Shown: positions 10,630-21,416, numbered from the stretch's first letter. The stretch is DNA of 64,000 nt from an uncultured cyanobacterium (GCA_963793265.1 CAWBZI010000001.1:640001-704000), one strand, 5' to 3'. Notes: a model not told the origin generated them from the sequence alone. Program-made: numbers and translations.

Positions 10630-11895
10630 CTACAAGAAGGCCATTGGATTTACCGGCTCGCCGCCCTGCCGCACTTCAAAATGGAGGTGAGGGCCAGTAG
10701 AAAGCCCAGTTGTGCCGATTGCCGCAATCACATCGCCTTTCTTCACGGCCTGACCTTCATACACATCTAGCCGACTGGCGTGAGCATAAAGCGTCGTCAC
10801 CCCGCCGCCGTGCTCAAGAATCACCGCATTACCGTAGCCGCCGTACCAGCCTGCATATATCACAACCCCTGTTTCTGCAGCCTGAATCGGACTGCCGTGC
10901 TCAGCGCCAAAGTCAGTACCCGCATGAAAACGGCTGTAGCCCAGTACTGGATGGAACCGACTCCCAAAATTACTGGTGATAGGCCCCTGGCTAGGCATTA
11001 GCATTTTGCCTGAGTTGCGAGCCGCCCGTAGCGCTTCTTCGCGAGCAATCTTGGCATCGGCAGCATTCGCCGCTGCGACGCGCTCTAAAATCAGCGATGT
11101 AATATTGTCGGAGTCTTTGTCTAGCTGTTTGATTGCCGCTGAGAGTGCGCCTCTATTTTCTCGCAGGCGCTCCATCGTCACTGCCTGCTGCTGAAGCTGT
11201 TCGGTGTATTGGGCGCGACTCGCCATAAGCTGCTGGCGGAGTAAGGAGATATCGTTTTTTTGCTGTTCGACGCCTTCTTGCTGCGCCACAATCTCAACGG
11301 ACTGAGCGTCTAAATCAACCAGCGTATCGCGATCAGACATGTAGACTCGTTTTAGCCGATAGCGTCTGTCTAAAAAGCTGTTGAGGTCGCTGCTTTGTAA
11401 AAGTAACGCCCAGCCCTGAGCTGCCTGCTGACGCTGCATGAACTGAAGCCGTCCGACGACAGCGGTGCGAGACTGCTCATACACCTGCTTATTGGCTTCT
11501 AAATCAAGCTCTAGGCGGTTGAGCCTCTCTTCGGCTTCGGCGAGCTGATATTCGGTGTCTGTGATCCAGGCGTCGGTGCCTTGAATGGTTTTAGAAAGAT
11601 CGCGCAGCTTTTTGTTGCCCTGATCTTCTGCCTTTTGATAGCGCTCGTCAGTTTTGCTGTGGGTGTCGAGCTGCTGATCGATTTGGTCGCGTTGCTGGCG
11701 GAGCTGTTCTAGCGTGGGAGGCGATTGGGCCTGCGTGGCTGTTGGCGTGAGTGTGACTGAGACTAGCCAGAGGGCGATTGCGATCGCCACAACAAAACTC
11801 AGATATTTCTGCCAGCGACTTAAATACTTTTGCCAACGGCAATGCAGCAAGACCATTATTTTCTCAAATCCAAGTTTAGAGCGCGCATTTCTCAA
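10630..11895 (-). CDS. M23 peptidoglycan endopeptidase / EnvC-like coiled-coil protein
   Basis: Long coiled coil plus HAGTD and HLHFEVR M23 motifs; true start probably near 11856. Confidence 0.92.
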   Translation of the reverse strand: MRNARSKLGFEKIMVLLHCRWQKYLSRWQKYLSFVVAIAIALWLVSVTLTPTATQAQSPPTLEQLRQQRDQIDQQLDTHSKTDERYQKAEDQGNKKLRDLSKTIQGTDAWITDTEYQLAEAEERLNRLELDLEANKQVYEQSRTAVVGRLQFMQRQQAAQGWALLLQSSDLNSFLDRRYRLKRVYMSDRDTLVDLDAQSVEIVAQQEGVEQQKNDISLLRQQLMASRAQYTEQLQQQAVTMERLRENRGALSAAIKQLDKDSDNITSLILERVAAANAADAKIAREEALRAARNSGKMLMPSQGPITSNFGSRFHPVLGYSRFHAGTDFGAEHGSPIQAAETGVVIYAGWYGGYGNAVILEHGGGVTTLYAHASRLDVYEGQAVKKGDVIAAIGTTGLSTGPHLHFEVRQGGEPVNPMAFL

Positions 11896-12563
11896 AGCAC
11901 CAAGGCGGTAATTCCAAAGCTCAGAATCAGTATTCCAAAGACTTTAGTTGACCAGCGATTGAACGTTGCTAGCCGTTGCGGCGTGAGTCGATTGCGCAGG
12001 TAAATCACACCTGAGACTAGCACTAACCACCATGCTGCTGAGCCCGTAAATACGCCAGCCACAAGGGTTACAGAAGTTAGCGTGCGCGTTTGCGTAATAC
12101 CTAATCCGGCGAAGATTGCGATGAAAGAGAAGATGGTTGCCGGGTTGGTTAGGGTTAGTCCTAATGTGGAGATGTAGGCGGAGAATGTGGATAGGTTTGG
12201 AGATTTGGGAAGGTCGGGAGATTTGGGGGTTGAGGATGTGCTGCCCGAGACATTCGACAAGTCCGCATCAGAAAAGTCTGTTTTAGAGAAGAAGGTAGTT
12301 AGTCCTAAATAGCAAAGGAATAAGCCACCGATTATTTGTAGATAGTTTGAGTACGTTACTAGCGCGTTAGAAATGGCGCTTAGCCCGAAAGCGGCGACTA
12401 TGCCGTAGAAACCATCGGCAGTCGCCGCGCCTAGCCCGGTTACTAACCCCACCAAACGACCCTGGCTGAGCGTACGGCGGATGCACAGTACGCCAATTGG
12501 GCCGACCGGGGCAGCGATCGCAACTCCCATCAAAACGCCTTTCAACAAAATCAAAATCAGCAC
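11892..12563 (-). CDS. LysE family amino-acid exporter
   Basis: IAAPVGPIGVLCIRR and LTLTNPATI motifs; GTG at 12563 follows a GAGGAGG SD. Confidence 0.9.
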   Translation of the reverse strand: MLILILLKGVLMGVAIAAPVGPIGVLCIRRTLSQGRLVGLVTGLGAATADGFYGIVAAFGLSAISNALVTYSNYLQIIGGLFLCYLGLTTFFSKTDFSDADLSNVSGSTSSTPKSPDLPKSPNLSTFSAYISTLGLTLTNPATIFSFIAIFAGLGITQTRTLTSVTLVAGVFTGSAAWWLVLVSGVIYLRNRLTPQRLATFNRWSTKVFGILILSFGITALVL

Positions 12564-12594
12564 AATTTCCTCCTCAAGCTTGCGCATCGAGTAA

Positions 12595-13056
12595 CTAACT
12601 TTTCTCAACCGGCAGCACTACCGCATCTTTCACTGTCGAAAGCGCAATCGTCGTCCGAGTCTGTTGAATGCCTGGCAACGCCTTTAGTCCTTCACTCAAA
12701 AACTGCTCTAAAGCAGCCGTAGAACGACAGCGCACTTTGAGTAGGTAGTCGCTATCGCCTACGACGTGATGGCATGACTGGACGCTGCTGTGCGATCGCA
12801 CATACGCCACAAACCCTTGACGATACTGAGGGTGCTCTAGCGTGACAGCCACAAACGCTGTTAAATCAACCCCCAAAGCCTCCGCACTTAGCCGCGCTGC
12901 ATAGCCAGTGATAATGCCTGCACCTTCTAAGCGACGGACACGATCAGCGATCGCAGGAGCCGACACCCCGAACTGATCGGCCAAAGACGACCACCGCACC
13001 CGACCGTCTTGCATCAACGCCGCCAATATCTTGCGGTCAAGTTCATCAATATCCAT
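12595..13056 (-). CDS. Lrp/AsnC family transcriptional regulator
   Basis: DELDRKIL..L..DGR HTH and RVRRLEGAGIITGY; directly upstream of lysE. Confidence 0.93.
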   Translation of the reverse strand: MDIDELDRKILAALMQDGRVRWSSLADQFGVSAPAIADRVRRLEGAGIITGYAARLSAEALGVDLTAFVAVTLEHPQYRQGFVAYVRSHSSVQSCHHVVGDSDYLLKVRCRSTAALEQFLSEGLKALPGIQQTRTTIALSTVKDAVVLPVEKS

Positions 13057-13344
13057 AAATCTATTTTTCTAAATCTAAATCACGCTAGATAAATTACTTA
13101 TAGCGCTTAAATTCCTAAAACGGGAAATTAAATAATCTTTATATGAAAAATAGGTTTATATAAAAAGATAAAGGATATGTGATGAAGCCGTTCCATCTCA
13201 TGTAGGAGGGGCGACAATCTGGGTAAATAAGTAGCAGTCGTACCCGTGCATCTGGCACATGGATCGCTGACAAACGTCACAAAATGGTAATGGCAGCAAT
13301 TCATAACTCAGCCAGCGCATCTACCTTTCAACATCCACATATTT

Positions 13345-14787
13345 ATGATCGGGAATCTTACTCAAGCCCTCGAACACATCGATCTCCCCGCCGATTGGAT
13401 TGGCATTAGAGCAAATAAAGAATCAAGTAGCTGGCGAGCGATGCGCGACGGTCGTCCGCAGCAAAACGAAAGAGGACTCAGCCAAGGCGCAATGGTTGAA
13501 GTGCTGGTGCAGGGGCAGTTTGGCTACAGCGCTACTAATCAGCTCACGACAGAAGCCTTGAAAGATGCTGCCAAAAGAGCTTACGAGCAGGCGCTAGAGA
13601 CGAGTCAGTGGGCAATCCATCGATTTACTCAGGCCGTGCGCCCGCAGGTTAAGGGCGAGTACATTTCTCCTTATCAGCAGGCTTTAGACTCGCTAAGCGT
13701 GGGCGATATTAATGACTTGCTGCGTAAGCTTTGCGAGCAGATGAAAGTATCGGATGAGATTGTGCGCACCAGTGCGATCGCGCGTAGTCATGAGGTGGAA
13801 TCCTGGTTTGTCAGCACGAATGGCTCTGAGGTGTACCAAAAGCTGGTGATGTTGGAGAGTCATTTAGGGGCGATCGCACAAGCCCCCGGCGTCACACAGT
13901 CCCGCTCAGACAACGGTTACCTAGCCCGCAGCTATCAAGGCGGCTGGGAGCTAATGTCAGGCTCAGACCTTTGGGATCGCGCTGCTCGAATTGGTACGCA
14001 GGCTGTAGAGCTGCTTAGCGCACCAGATTGTCCTGAAGAGGTGACAACTTTGGTACTCGCGCCCGACCAAATGATGCTTCAGCTTCACGAGAGCGTCGGT
14101 CATCCGCTAGAGCTAGACCGCATTTTAGGAGACGAGCGCAACTATGCAGGCGGCAGCTTCGTACAGCCCAAAGACTTCGGCAGTTTGGTGTACGGTTCGC
14201 CGCTGATGAACGTCACCTTCGACACGACGAAAGCGGGCGAAATTGCTAGCTATGGCTTCGATGACACTGGAACACCTGCCGAGAAACAATATTTGATTCG
14301 CGAAGGCGTTCTACAGCGCGGACTCGGGGGGCTTGAGAGTCAGGCGCGGCTAGATGTGCCTGGTGTTGCCTGCACACGGGCCTGTAGCTGGAACCGTCCG
14401 GCAATCGACCGTATGGCTAACATCAATTTGGAGCCGGGAGACACGGACTTCGAAACGATGATTAGCAGCATCGAATCTGGCGTTTATATGGAATCCAATC
14501 GCTCTTGGTCGATTGATGACCAGCGGCATAAGTTTCAATTTGGCTGTGAATACGCGCGAAAAATCGAAGACGGCAAGCTGACGACGCCGCTCAAAAATCC
14601 TAACTACCGGGCCACGACGCCTCAGTTCTGGGGCAGCTTGGTTCAGATCGGCAACGGTCAAACTTTGGAAACTTACGGTACGCCCTACTGCGGTAAAGGC
14701 GAGCCTAATCAGCTTGTTCGCGTCGGCCACGCATCGCCCGTTTGTGCGTTTGAAAATATTGAAGTTTTTGGAGGCGCTAAAGCATGA
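13345..14787 (+). CDS. tldD: TldD family metalloprotease
   Basis: HESVGHPLE zinc motif, RMANINLEPG and CGKGEPNQ. Confidence 0.92.
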   Translation: MIGNLTQALEHIDLPADWIGIRANKESSSWRAMRDGRPQQNERGLSQGAMVEVLVQGQFGYSATNQLTTEALKDAAKRAYEQALETSQWAIHRFTQAVRPQVKGEYISPYQQALDSLSVGDINDLLRKLCEQMKVSDEIVRTSAIARSHEVESWFVSTNGSEVYQKLVMLESHLGAIAQAPGVTQSRSDNGYLARSYQGGWELMSGSDLWDRAARIGTQAVELLSAPDCPEEVTTLVLAPDQMMLQLHESVGHPLELDRILGDERNYAGGSFVQPKDFGSLVYGSPLMNVTFDTTKAGEIASYGFDDTGTPAEKQYLIREGVLQRGLGGLESQARLDVPGVACTRACSWNRPAIDRMANINLEPGDTDFETMISSIESGVYMESNRSWSIDDQRHKFQFGCEYARKIEDGKLTTPLKNPNYRATTPQFWGSLVQIGNGQTLETYGTPYCGKGEPNQLVRVGHASPVCAFENIEVFGGAKA

Positions 14788-16205
14788 CCTTACGTTCATC
14801 TGAATCCAGCATCAGCACCATTGAGGACGCAAGCAGTTCGGCAGGCGAGCGCTCGCCTTCCTCCTCAGAAGCCACCTTCAACCAAATCGCCGCCGCCATC
14901 AGCACTCAGCTCTCCAATCACCCCAACTGCCACTTCACCCTTTCACTCGCGGGCGAAGACACTCAGTTCACCCGGTTCAACGGTGCCAAGGTTCGTCAGA
15001 GCGGCCAGGTTTGCGACGGGCAGCTTCGGCTGACGCTGATGACGAGCGATCGCACCACCGCCGCCCGAATTCCATTCACCAGCCACTTTGACACAGACTG
15101 GGCGATCGCAAAGCCAACCCTCGACGGCCTGCTAGCGGATCTACCCGAGCTGCCCATCGATCCCTACGTCGTGATTCCTACTAGCGATGACAAGAACAAA
15201 GGTCACAGCCGAGAGGTGCGCAATGGCAAGCTACTTCCTGCAAAAGCAGTTGCCGAAAAGCTCATTGAACCTGTGCAAAAGCTGGATTTTTCAGGCTTAT
15301 ATGCAGGCGGCATCTCGTATCGAGCCTACGCAGATTCAGCCGGGAAACGCCATTGGTTTGAAACGCCTTCCTTCACACTCGACTATTCCTTATTTAATCA
15401 CCGCAACCAGGCCGTAAAAGGCACGGTCGCAGGCAACGTCTGGAATATGTCCGACTATCAGCAAAACATCAGCGCCAGCCAGCAGCAGCTAGAACTGCTC
15501 TCTCGGCCCGTTAAAATAATCTCCAAAGGCGCTTACCGCACCTACTTAGCGCCTGCGGCTGTCGCTGATTTGCTCGAAACTGTTATCTACGGCGGACTGG
15601 GCGAAGCTGATTTGAGACAGGGCAACAGTGCCTTTGAAAAGCTGGAAAAAGGCGACGCGACGCTCTCCGAGAAGTTCTCACTACAAGAAGACTTTCAGCG
15701 CATCAGCGTGCCTCGGTTCAACAGCAATGGTGTTGTTGCCCCTGAGCAGCTATCGATTATTGAGCAAGGGCAGTGGGTTAATTCTCTTGTGAGCGATCGC
15801 AGTGCCAAAGAATACGGCAAGCCTAGCAACGCGGCCAACAGCGGCGAATTCATGCGGGCTCCGACCGTAGCGCCCGGTCAACTGCGCGAAGACCAAATCC
15901 TAGCTCAGCTCGGCACTGGCCTATATCTTTCTAACCTGCACTATCTCAACTGGAGCGATCTCACTGCCGGACGGATCACAGGCATGACCCGCTACGCCTG
16001 CTTTTGGGTAGAAGACGGCGAGATTGTCGCACCCATTGAAAATCTCAGGTTTGACGACAGCTTCTATCGCTTTTTAGGCGAAGGGCTGGTGGCGCTGACC
16101 GAAGGGCAGAGGTTTTTACCGGCAGTCGGGACGTATGATAGGCGCTCGCTTGGCGGCATGTGGATGCCAGGTATGTTGATAGACCAGTTCCGGTATACGC
16201 TGTAG
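14784..16205 (+). CDS. TldE/PmbA family protein
   Basis: 4-bp overlap with tldD; TRFN and TGMTRYACFWVEDGEIVAPIENLRF; lacks HEXXH. Confidence 0.88.
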   Translation: MTLRSSESSISTIEDASSSAGERSPSSSEATFNQIAAAISTQLSNHPNCHFTLSLAGEDTQFTRFNGAKVRQSGQVCDGQLRLTLMTSDRTTAARIPFTSHFDTDWAIAKPTLDGLLADLPELPIDPYVVIPTSDDKNKGHSREVRNGKLLPAKAVAEKLIEPVQKLDFSGLYAGGISYRAYADSAGKRHWFETPSFTLDYSLFNHRNQAVKGTVAGNVWNMSDYQQNISASQQQLELLSRPVKIISKGAYRTYLAPAAVADLLETVIYGGLGEADLRQGNSAFEKLEKGDATLSEKFSLQEDFQRISVPRFNSNGVVAPEQLSIIEQGQWVNSLVSDRSAKEYGKPSNAANSGEFMRAPTVAPGQLREDQILAQLGTGLYLSNLHYLNWSDLTAGRITGMTRYACFWVEDGEIVAPIENLRFDDSFYRFLGEGLVALTEGQRFLPAVGTYDRRSLGGMWMPGMLIDQFRYTL

Positions 16206-16234
16206 CTCCGCCTAGCATTTGCCCTTGAAACTCG

Positions 16235-17305
16235 ATGAAGTCCGAACAGCAACTTTCTATTTCGTTTAGCGGCGTACTCACAGTTTTTGCAGCCATTCCA
16301 GCCGCTATTATTGGCTGGCAGCTCAGAGGCTTGCTTCTACTCGTGATGATCTCAGTGGTGCTAGCCTGCTCTATTGCCCCTATTGTCGGCTGGGCAGAAC
16401 AGTTTCGAGTGCCCCGCTGGCTGAGCGCACTGCTCACCTATCTAGTCATCATCGGTACGCTAGTCGGCCTTGTCTTTCTAATTGGCCCTACGGTGCTCGA
16501 CCAGATTCAGCTCTTAGTCAGGCAGTTGCCGCTGCTGCTAAGAAAGGCGGCGACTCAAGTAGAAACCTGGGCGCTGACCGTGAATGAAGATCGGCCTGAC
16601 TTTACCAGTCAGGTTTTTGATCAGTTAGATGTGCAGGCGATCGCAGCCTGGGCCATCCGCTCCACCCGCCAGGTCGCCCTGAGATCCTTCAGCCTCACAA
16701 CTGGCTTCCTTGGCACACTGCTTAGCCTCGTGCTTGCCATATTCATTTCGGGCTACATGCTCGCTGATAGCAACACGCTCACCACTAACTTCATTCGGCT
16801 GTTGCCTAAGCCCTGGGACAAGCGGATTAGTCAGCAGCTACCTGAGATAGGCGATCGCATTGGCACTTACATTCGCGGACGGCTGATCGTGTCAGGAACG
16901 CTGGCGATTGTGACTGGTATAGGACTGGGGTTTTTGGGACTACAAGACTTTGCGATTGGTTTGGGGGCGATCGCAGGCGTCACTAACCTAGTACCCTTCC
17001 TCGGCCCTATTTTAGGAGCCATTCCCGCCCTCATCGTCGCTATTCCTCAAGGCGGCTGGACGGTGCTATGGGTCATCCTTTTCTACGTCGTGATTCAAAA
17101 CATTGAAACGTACCTGCTCGATCCGCTATTAGTGGGATCTTCTATCGGTGTACATCCGCTGTATCAGCTTCTTGCCGTTTTGGGAGGAGCCCAGGTTTTA
17201 GGTATTATTGGAGCGCTTATCGTGCCGCCCTGGGTTGCAGGGTTTGCCGTATTGCTCGAAAACCTCTACGTACAGCCCAAATTAAGGAGCGAAGAACCAT
17301 CCTGA
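16235..17305 (+). CDS. AI-2E family transporter
   Basis: Multiple TM helices; YIRGRL, NLVPFLGPILGAIP and IGVHPL motifs. Confidence 0.92.
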   Translation: MKSEQQLSISFSGVLTVFAAIPAAIIGWQLRGLLLLVMISVVLACSIAPIVGWAEQFRVPRWLSALLTYLVIIGTLVGLVFLIGPTVLDQIQLLVRQLPLLLRKAATQVETWALTVNEDRPDFTSQVFDQLDVQAIAAWAIRSTRQVALRSFSLTTGFLGTLLSLVLAIFISGYMLADSNTLTTNFIRLLPKPWDKRISQQLPEIGDRIGTYIRGRLIVSGTLAIVTGIGLGFLGLQDFAIGLGAIAGVTNLVPFLGPILGAIPALIVAIPQGGWTVLWVILFYVVIQNIETYLLDPLLVGSSIGVHPLYQLLAVLGGAQVLGIIGALIVPPWVAGFAVLLENLYVQPKLRSEEPS

Positions 17306-17433
17306 TAAAAGTTGATTAGCGTTGGATAGGGAGTTTGTCGGCCTGCATCCAACCGCTCACGCTTTCTATAAATGATCTCAATAATCTAAGAACTAAACAT
17401 CTCCAAACTAATCGTTTAAGCGTATCTGCCTTA

Positions 17434-17593
17434 GGAATGAGGATTAAGTAATCTACACATATCGAAGCCCTCACCCCAACCCTCTCCCGAGGGGAGAGGG
17501 AGCTAGACTCAAAGTCCTTCTCCCCTCGGGAGAAGGATTTAGGATGAGGGCTTCAATAGATGACGGTTGCGCAGTTTATTTAATCCTCGCTCC
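17434..17593. mobile_element. 160-bp MITE-like element
   Basis: 18-bp terminal inverted repeats (GGAATGAGGATTAAGTAA / TTATTTAATCCTCGCTCC, 3 mismatches), flanking TTA direct repeats and two internal GC-rich hairpins. Confidence 0.75.
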
Positions 17594-17640
17594 TTAGCGC
17601 CCCAGCAGATCGAGTTTCCTTCTATGGCTAGCGCAGTATT

Positions 17641-19428
17641 GTGAGCAGTATCGTCATCACTTTAGGCATCGTGGCCCTAGCCCTGGTGCTATTCATCGTA
17701 GAGCTATTTCCCGCAGACATCACGGCGCTAAGCGTCATGGTGGCGCTCATTCTGCTCAAGCAAGTCTCACCTGAAGAAGGCATTGCAGGCTTCAGCAATC
17801 CGGCCACCATCACCGTCATGGCGATGTTCATTCTCAGCTCAGGCGTCGCCAGAACCGGCGCGCTGCAAAAGGCGAGCGGCTGGCTAATTCAATGGGGCGG
17901 TAAAAGACTAACGCAGCAAATCATAGCGCTTGGACTAATCGTCGGCCCAATGTCGGCACTGGTAAACAACACTGCTGTCGTCTCTGTCTTTTTGCCCATT
18001 GTCGAAGACTTTTGCCAGCAGCACCGCATTTCACCGTCTAAGCTGCTGATGCCTTTGTCTTTTGCCACTATCTTAGGCGGCATGATCACCGTTATCGGCA
18101 CCTCCACCAGCGTACTAGCCAGCGGACTTTCGGCTGATTTAGGGCTGGGTGAATTCTCCTTATTTCAGTTCACCGCCCTCGGCATCATCATATTTGTCAT
18201 CGGCATGGCCTACTTAGCCTTCATCGCGCCCCGGCTCTTACCCAACCGGCAAATAGACGATCGCGGCCTCAGCCAAAAGTACGGCATGAAAGACTACGTG
18301 AGTGAGTTAGTCATTACGCCACGCTCTAGCCTGGTGGGCCAAACGCTACAGGCCAGTCAGCTACAGCGACGCTTTGACGTAGACGTGCTAGAGCTGATTC
18401 GTAACAACACCCATTTTCCACAGCCGTTTGCCGATAAAACCCTAGCGGCCAGCGATATTTTACTTGCCCGTGGCGGTAAACAAGATTTACTCAAGATTCG
18501 TGAAAGTGAAGGGCTAGAGATACTACCAGACGTTCAGTTTGGGCAAAAGTCATGGCAGGGAGGCATTGGTGAAGAGGAAGGGATCGCTGAGGCGCTGGTG
18601 ATTGCGAACTCTAATTTGATTGGCTCGACGCTGAAAGATATGCGCTTTCGGCAGCGGTATAACGTGACGGTGCTGGCAATCAGGCGAGGACAGGAGTTGT
18701 TGCGCGATCGCATGGGAAAAGTCCCCCTACGCTTCGGCGATCTGCTCCTCGTACAGGGGCCAAAACAAAGCTTAGTCGGTATTCAAACCAGCCGTAACCT
18801 ACTTTTACTAGAGCAACGCAGCCTCGAAACGCTACGCACAGGCAAAGCAAATATTGCCCTAGCCATCGGCCTTTCTGTGGTCATCGCGGCGGCTGTCACC
18901 GACTATCCCATCTTAGTTTCAGCCTTAGCCGGGGTCGTCGCCATGATCCTCACTGGCTGCTTAAAACCAGGCGAACTCTATCAGGCCGTCCGCTGGGACG
19001 TTATCTTTCTACTCGCCTGCTTGATCCCTTTAGGCACAGCCATGCAAAACTCGGGAGCCACCGAATGGATAGCGAGCCAGCTTGTCAGCGTCGGCGGCGG
19101 CATGTCTAGCTACTGGCTGCTGACGCTGCTTTATGTGATTACAGTGCTCTTAACCGCCGTATTATCAAATAATGCCTCTGTCATCTTGCTACTGCCCATC
19201 GGCGCGCAGGTCGCTAGCTCTATCGGGATCAATCCCCTCACGGCCATATTTATTGTCACGTTTGCGGCCTCTAATAGCTTTATGACGCCAATTGGCTATC
19301 AAACGAACACGATGGTCTATAGCGCTGGTGGCTATCGCTTTCTCGACTTTTTGAAAGTAGGTGGCCCGCTGGCGTTGATTATGACGATTATCACGCCGCC
19401 TTTAGCAATTTGGATCTACGGGCTGTAG
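17641..19428 (+). CDS. SLC13/DASS family permease with TrkA-C domains (putative sulfate/dicarboxylate transporter)
   Basis: GFSNPAT, NNTAVV, GTST and TPIGYQTN motifs; two central TrkA-C domains; next to cysC. Confidence 0.9.
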   Translation: MSSIVITLGIVALALVLFIVELFPADITALSVMVALILLKQVSPEEGIAGFSNPATITVMAMFILSSGVARTGALQKASGWLIQWGGKRLTQQIIALGLIVGPMSALVNNTAVVSVFLPIVEDFCQQHRISPSKLLMPLSFATILGGMITVIGTSTSVLASGLSADLGLGEFSLFQFTALGIIIFVIGMAYLAFIAPRLLPNRQIDDRGLSQKYGMKDYVSELVITPRSSLVGQTLQASQLQRRFDVDVLELIRNNTHFPQPFADKTLAASDILLARGGKQDLLKIRESEGLEILPDVQFGQKSWQGGIGEEEGIAEALVIANSNLIGSTLKDMRFRQRYNVTVLAIRRGQELLRDRMGKVPLRFGDLLLVQGPKQSLVGIQTSRNLLLLEQRSLETLRTGKANIALAIGLSVVIAAAVTDYPILVSALAGVVAMILTGCLKPGELYQAVRWDVIFLLACLIPLGTAMQNSGATEWIASQLVSVGGGMSSYWLLTLLYVITVLLTAVLSNNASVILLLPIGAQVASSIGINPLTAIFIVTFAASNSFMTPIGYQTNTMVYSAGGYRFLDFLKVGGPLALIMTIITPPLAIWIYGL

Positions 19429-19514
19429 GGGCATCGGAAAACACGGGTTCGCTAGTGCCCTCCTTGATGGTAAAACTGGTTTTTTTAGTTGATTGTTAGG
19501 AGATATCAAGAACA

Positions 19515-20078
19515 ATGCCATCAGAACTGTCATCAAAACAGAAGGGCGTTACGGTTTGGTTTACGGGCCTTAGCGGCGCAGGTAAAACCACGATTAACGA
19601 TGCGCTGACTGCAAAATTGCGCGATCGCGGCATCAAGCTAGAGGTGCTAGACGGCGACATCGTTCGCACTAATCTCACAAAAGGCTTGGGCTTTAGCAAA
19701 GAAGACCGCGATGAAAACGTGCGTCGAATTGGCTTCGTGTCTAACCTGCTTACTCGCAACGGTGTGATTGTGCTAGTCGCGGCCATTTCACCTTACCGGG
19801 CCATTCGTGAGGAAGTGCGATCGCGTATTGGCGATTTTATAGAAGTCCACGTTTCAGCGCCCGTAGAAGTTTGCGAAGAGCGCGACGTAAAAGGGCTGTA
19901 TGCCAAAGCTCGCTCGGGTGAAATCAAACAGTTCACCGGCATTAGCGATCCTTACGAGGAGCCTATGAACCCTGAAGTGAACTGTGAAACGCACAAGGAG
20001 ACTTTAGAAGAGAGCGTCAACAAAGTGATCGCTAAGCTCGAAGAAATGGGCTACGTACCTGCGGCTGTTGCAGCCTAA
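19515..20078 (+). CDS. cysC: Adenylyl-sulfate kinase
   Basis: WFTGLSGAGKTT, LDGD and FTGISDPYE. Confidence 0.97.
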   Translation: MPSELSSKQKGVTVWFTGLSGAGKTTINDALTAKLRDRGIKLEVLDGDIVRTNLTKGLGFSKEDRDENVRRIGFVSNLLTRNGVIVLVAAISPYRAIREEVRSRIGDFIEVHVSAPVEVCEERDVKGLYAKARSGEIKQFTGISDPYEEPMNPEVNCETHKETLEESVNKVIAKLEEMGYVPAAVAA

Positions 20079-20084
20079 AGCCTG

Positions 20085-21416
20085 CTAGCGCATCAAATCG
20101 TCGAGTTCGGCGTAGTCGGGTAGGGTGGTATCAATTTGCTTACCCGCGCGAATTACCGTGCGATCGCCCTGCCCCCTCGCCATCAGCTCATTAAAACTGC
20201 GCGCCTTAAACACCACAAAATCCGCCCCCATTCCCTCGCCTATCAAGCCAACCGCCAGCCCCATCATCTCAGCAGGCGTCTTCGTCACCGCCAGCGGCCA
20301 GCTCCCCACCGGACGATCCAAATGCCCAATCCGGGCTGACTGCACAAACACCTCCAGTCCATCGTGATCCCCATAGGCAAAAAACGGATCGCGACAGTTA
20401 TCTGAGGCCAAAGCCACGTTCACACCCGCTGCCTTCAGCTCATGCAGCAGCGTCACCCCTCGATACCGGGGCGTTTTTCCTGGATGCCTGTCTTGCAAAT
20501 ACAGGTTACACATCGGCAGGCTCACCACAGAAATGCCTGCCGCTTTCACTGCATTGATTGTTTTATCCACCTCTTCTTTGGACTGCACAGACAAGCTACA
20601 GCAGTGCCCGCAAGTGATTTTTCCTAAGAATTTATGTCGGATAGCAGCTTCAGCGACAAGGCGTAGGGCGATCGCATCAGAATCCAAACTCTCATCCGTA
20701 TGAAAGTCCAAATCTAACGCTCTCTCTTTCGCCAGCTCAAATACCCGATCAATTTGTTGAACAATATCGGGGTTCATGAAGGCGACGCCGCCAAGCACGC
20801 CGCCCGAATCGGATACTAGATCAGCTAGCTTCTCTCCTTTCGATCCCGAAAAGTAGTCCAGCGTTACCAGGCAAGCCGCCTGCAAATGTAGCCTGTCAGC
20901 CCAGTGCGATCGCAGCTGCCGAAACACCTCAAAGCTAATTTCTCCCTGCTCATCAAACGCATCCAAATGCGTCCGTACTGCCTGCGTACCGTGCGCGTAG
21001 CTACACTTCAGCCCAAACGCCATCCGCTGGTAAACATCTTCTGCATTCCATCGCTCACTACGGTCATTCCCGGCAGCAGATAGCGCACTCGCAAAAGTAC
21101 CATCTGGATTGGGGCTACGCGGCCAGATATGCCCTTTATCTAAGTGAGTATGTATATCTACAAAGCAAGGCCAAATCAGCCCGGAGTGAACGTCTACGCT
21201 CGGTACAGATTGAGGGATGTCTGGGGCTGCTGGTCTTATGGTTTTTATTTTGCGATCGCTCACCTCGATATCCACACCAATCAGCGCCTCATGATGGTCG
21301 CTAGAGCGTTCGATTTCTACTGTCTCAAAAGTTCCTTGAGCCAGTAGCGCCAAAGGAACTCGCCCGTTACGCAACCAGTAGCGAGGAGCGGTAGGCACCG
21401 TGCAAAAAGAACTCAT
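20085..21416 (-). CDS. codA: Cytosine deaminase
   Basis: DIHTHLDK, FHTDE, GHCCSL and SDNCRDPF. Confidence 0.9.
   Translation of the reverse strand: MSSFCTVPTAPRYWLRNGRVPLALLAQGTFETVEIERSSDHHEALIGVDIEVSDRKIKTIRPAAPDIPQSVPSVDVHSGLIWPCFVDIHTHLDKGHIWPRSPNPDGTFASALSAAGNDRSERWNAEDVYQRMAFGLKCSYAHGTQAVRTHLDAFDEQGEISFEVFRQLRSHWADRLHLQAACLVTLDYFSGSKGEKLADLVSDSGGVLGGVAFMNPDIVQQIDRVFELAKERALDLDFHTDESLDSDAIALRLVAEAAIRHKFLGKITCGHCCSLSVQSKEEVDKTINAVKAAGISVVSLPMCNLYLQDRHPGKTPRYRGVTLLHELKAAGVNVALASDNCRDPFFAYGDHDGLEVFVQSARIGHLDRPVGSWPLAVTKTPAEMMGLAVGLIGEGMGADFVVFKARSFNELMARGQGDRTVIRAGKQIDTTLPDYAELDDLMR

Noticed and set aside
13345..17305. tldD-tldE-transporter as a RiPP biosynthetic cluster
   Set aside because: No precursor peptide or modifying enzyme nearby; TldD/E pairs are common housekeeping genes
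17461..17560. CRISPR array or tRNA in the GC-rich hairpins
   Set aside because: No repeat-spacer periodicity or cloverleaf; better explained as a MITE core. No CRISPR array was seen anywhere in the window
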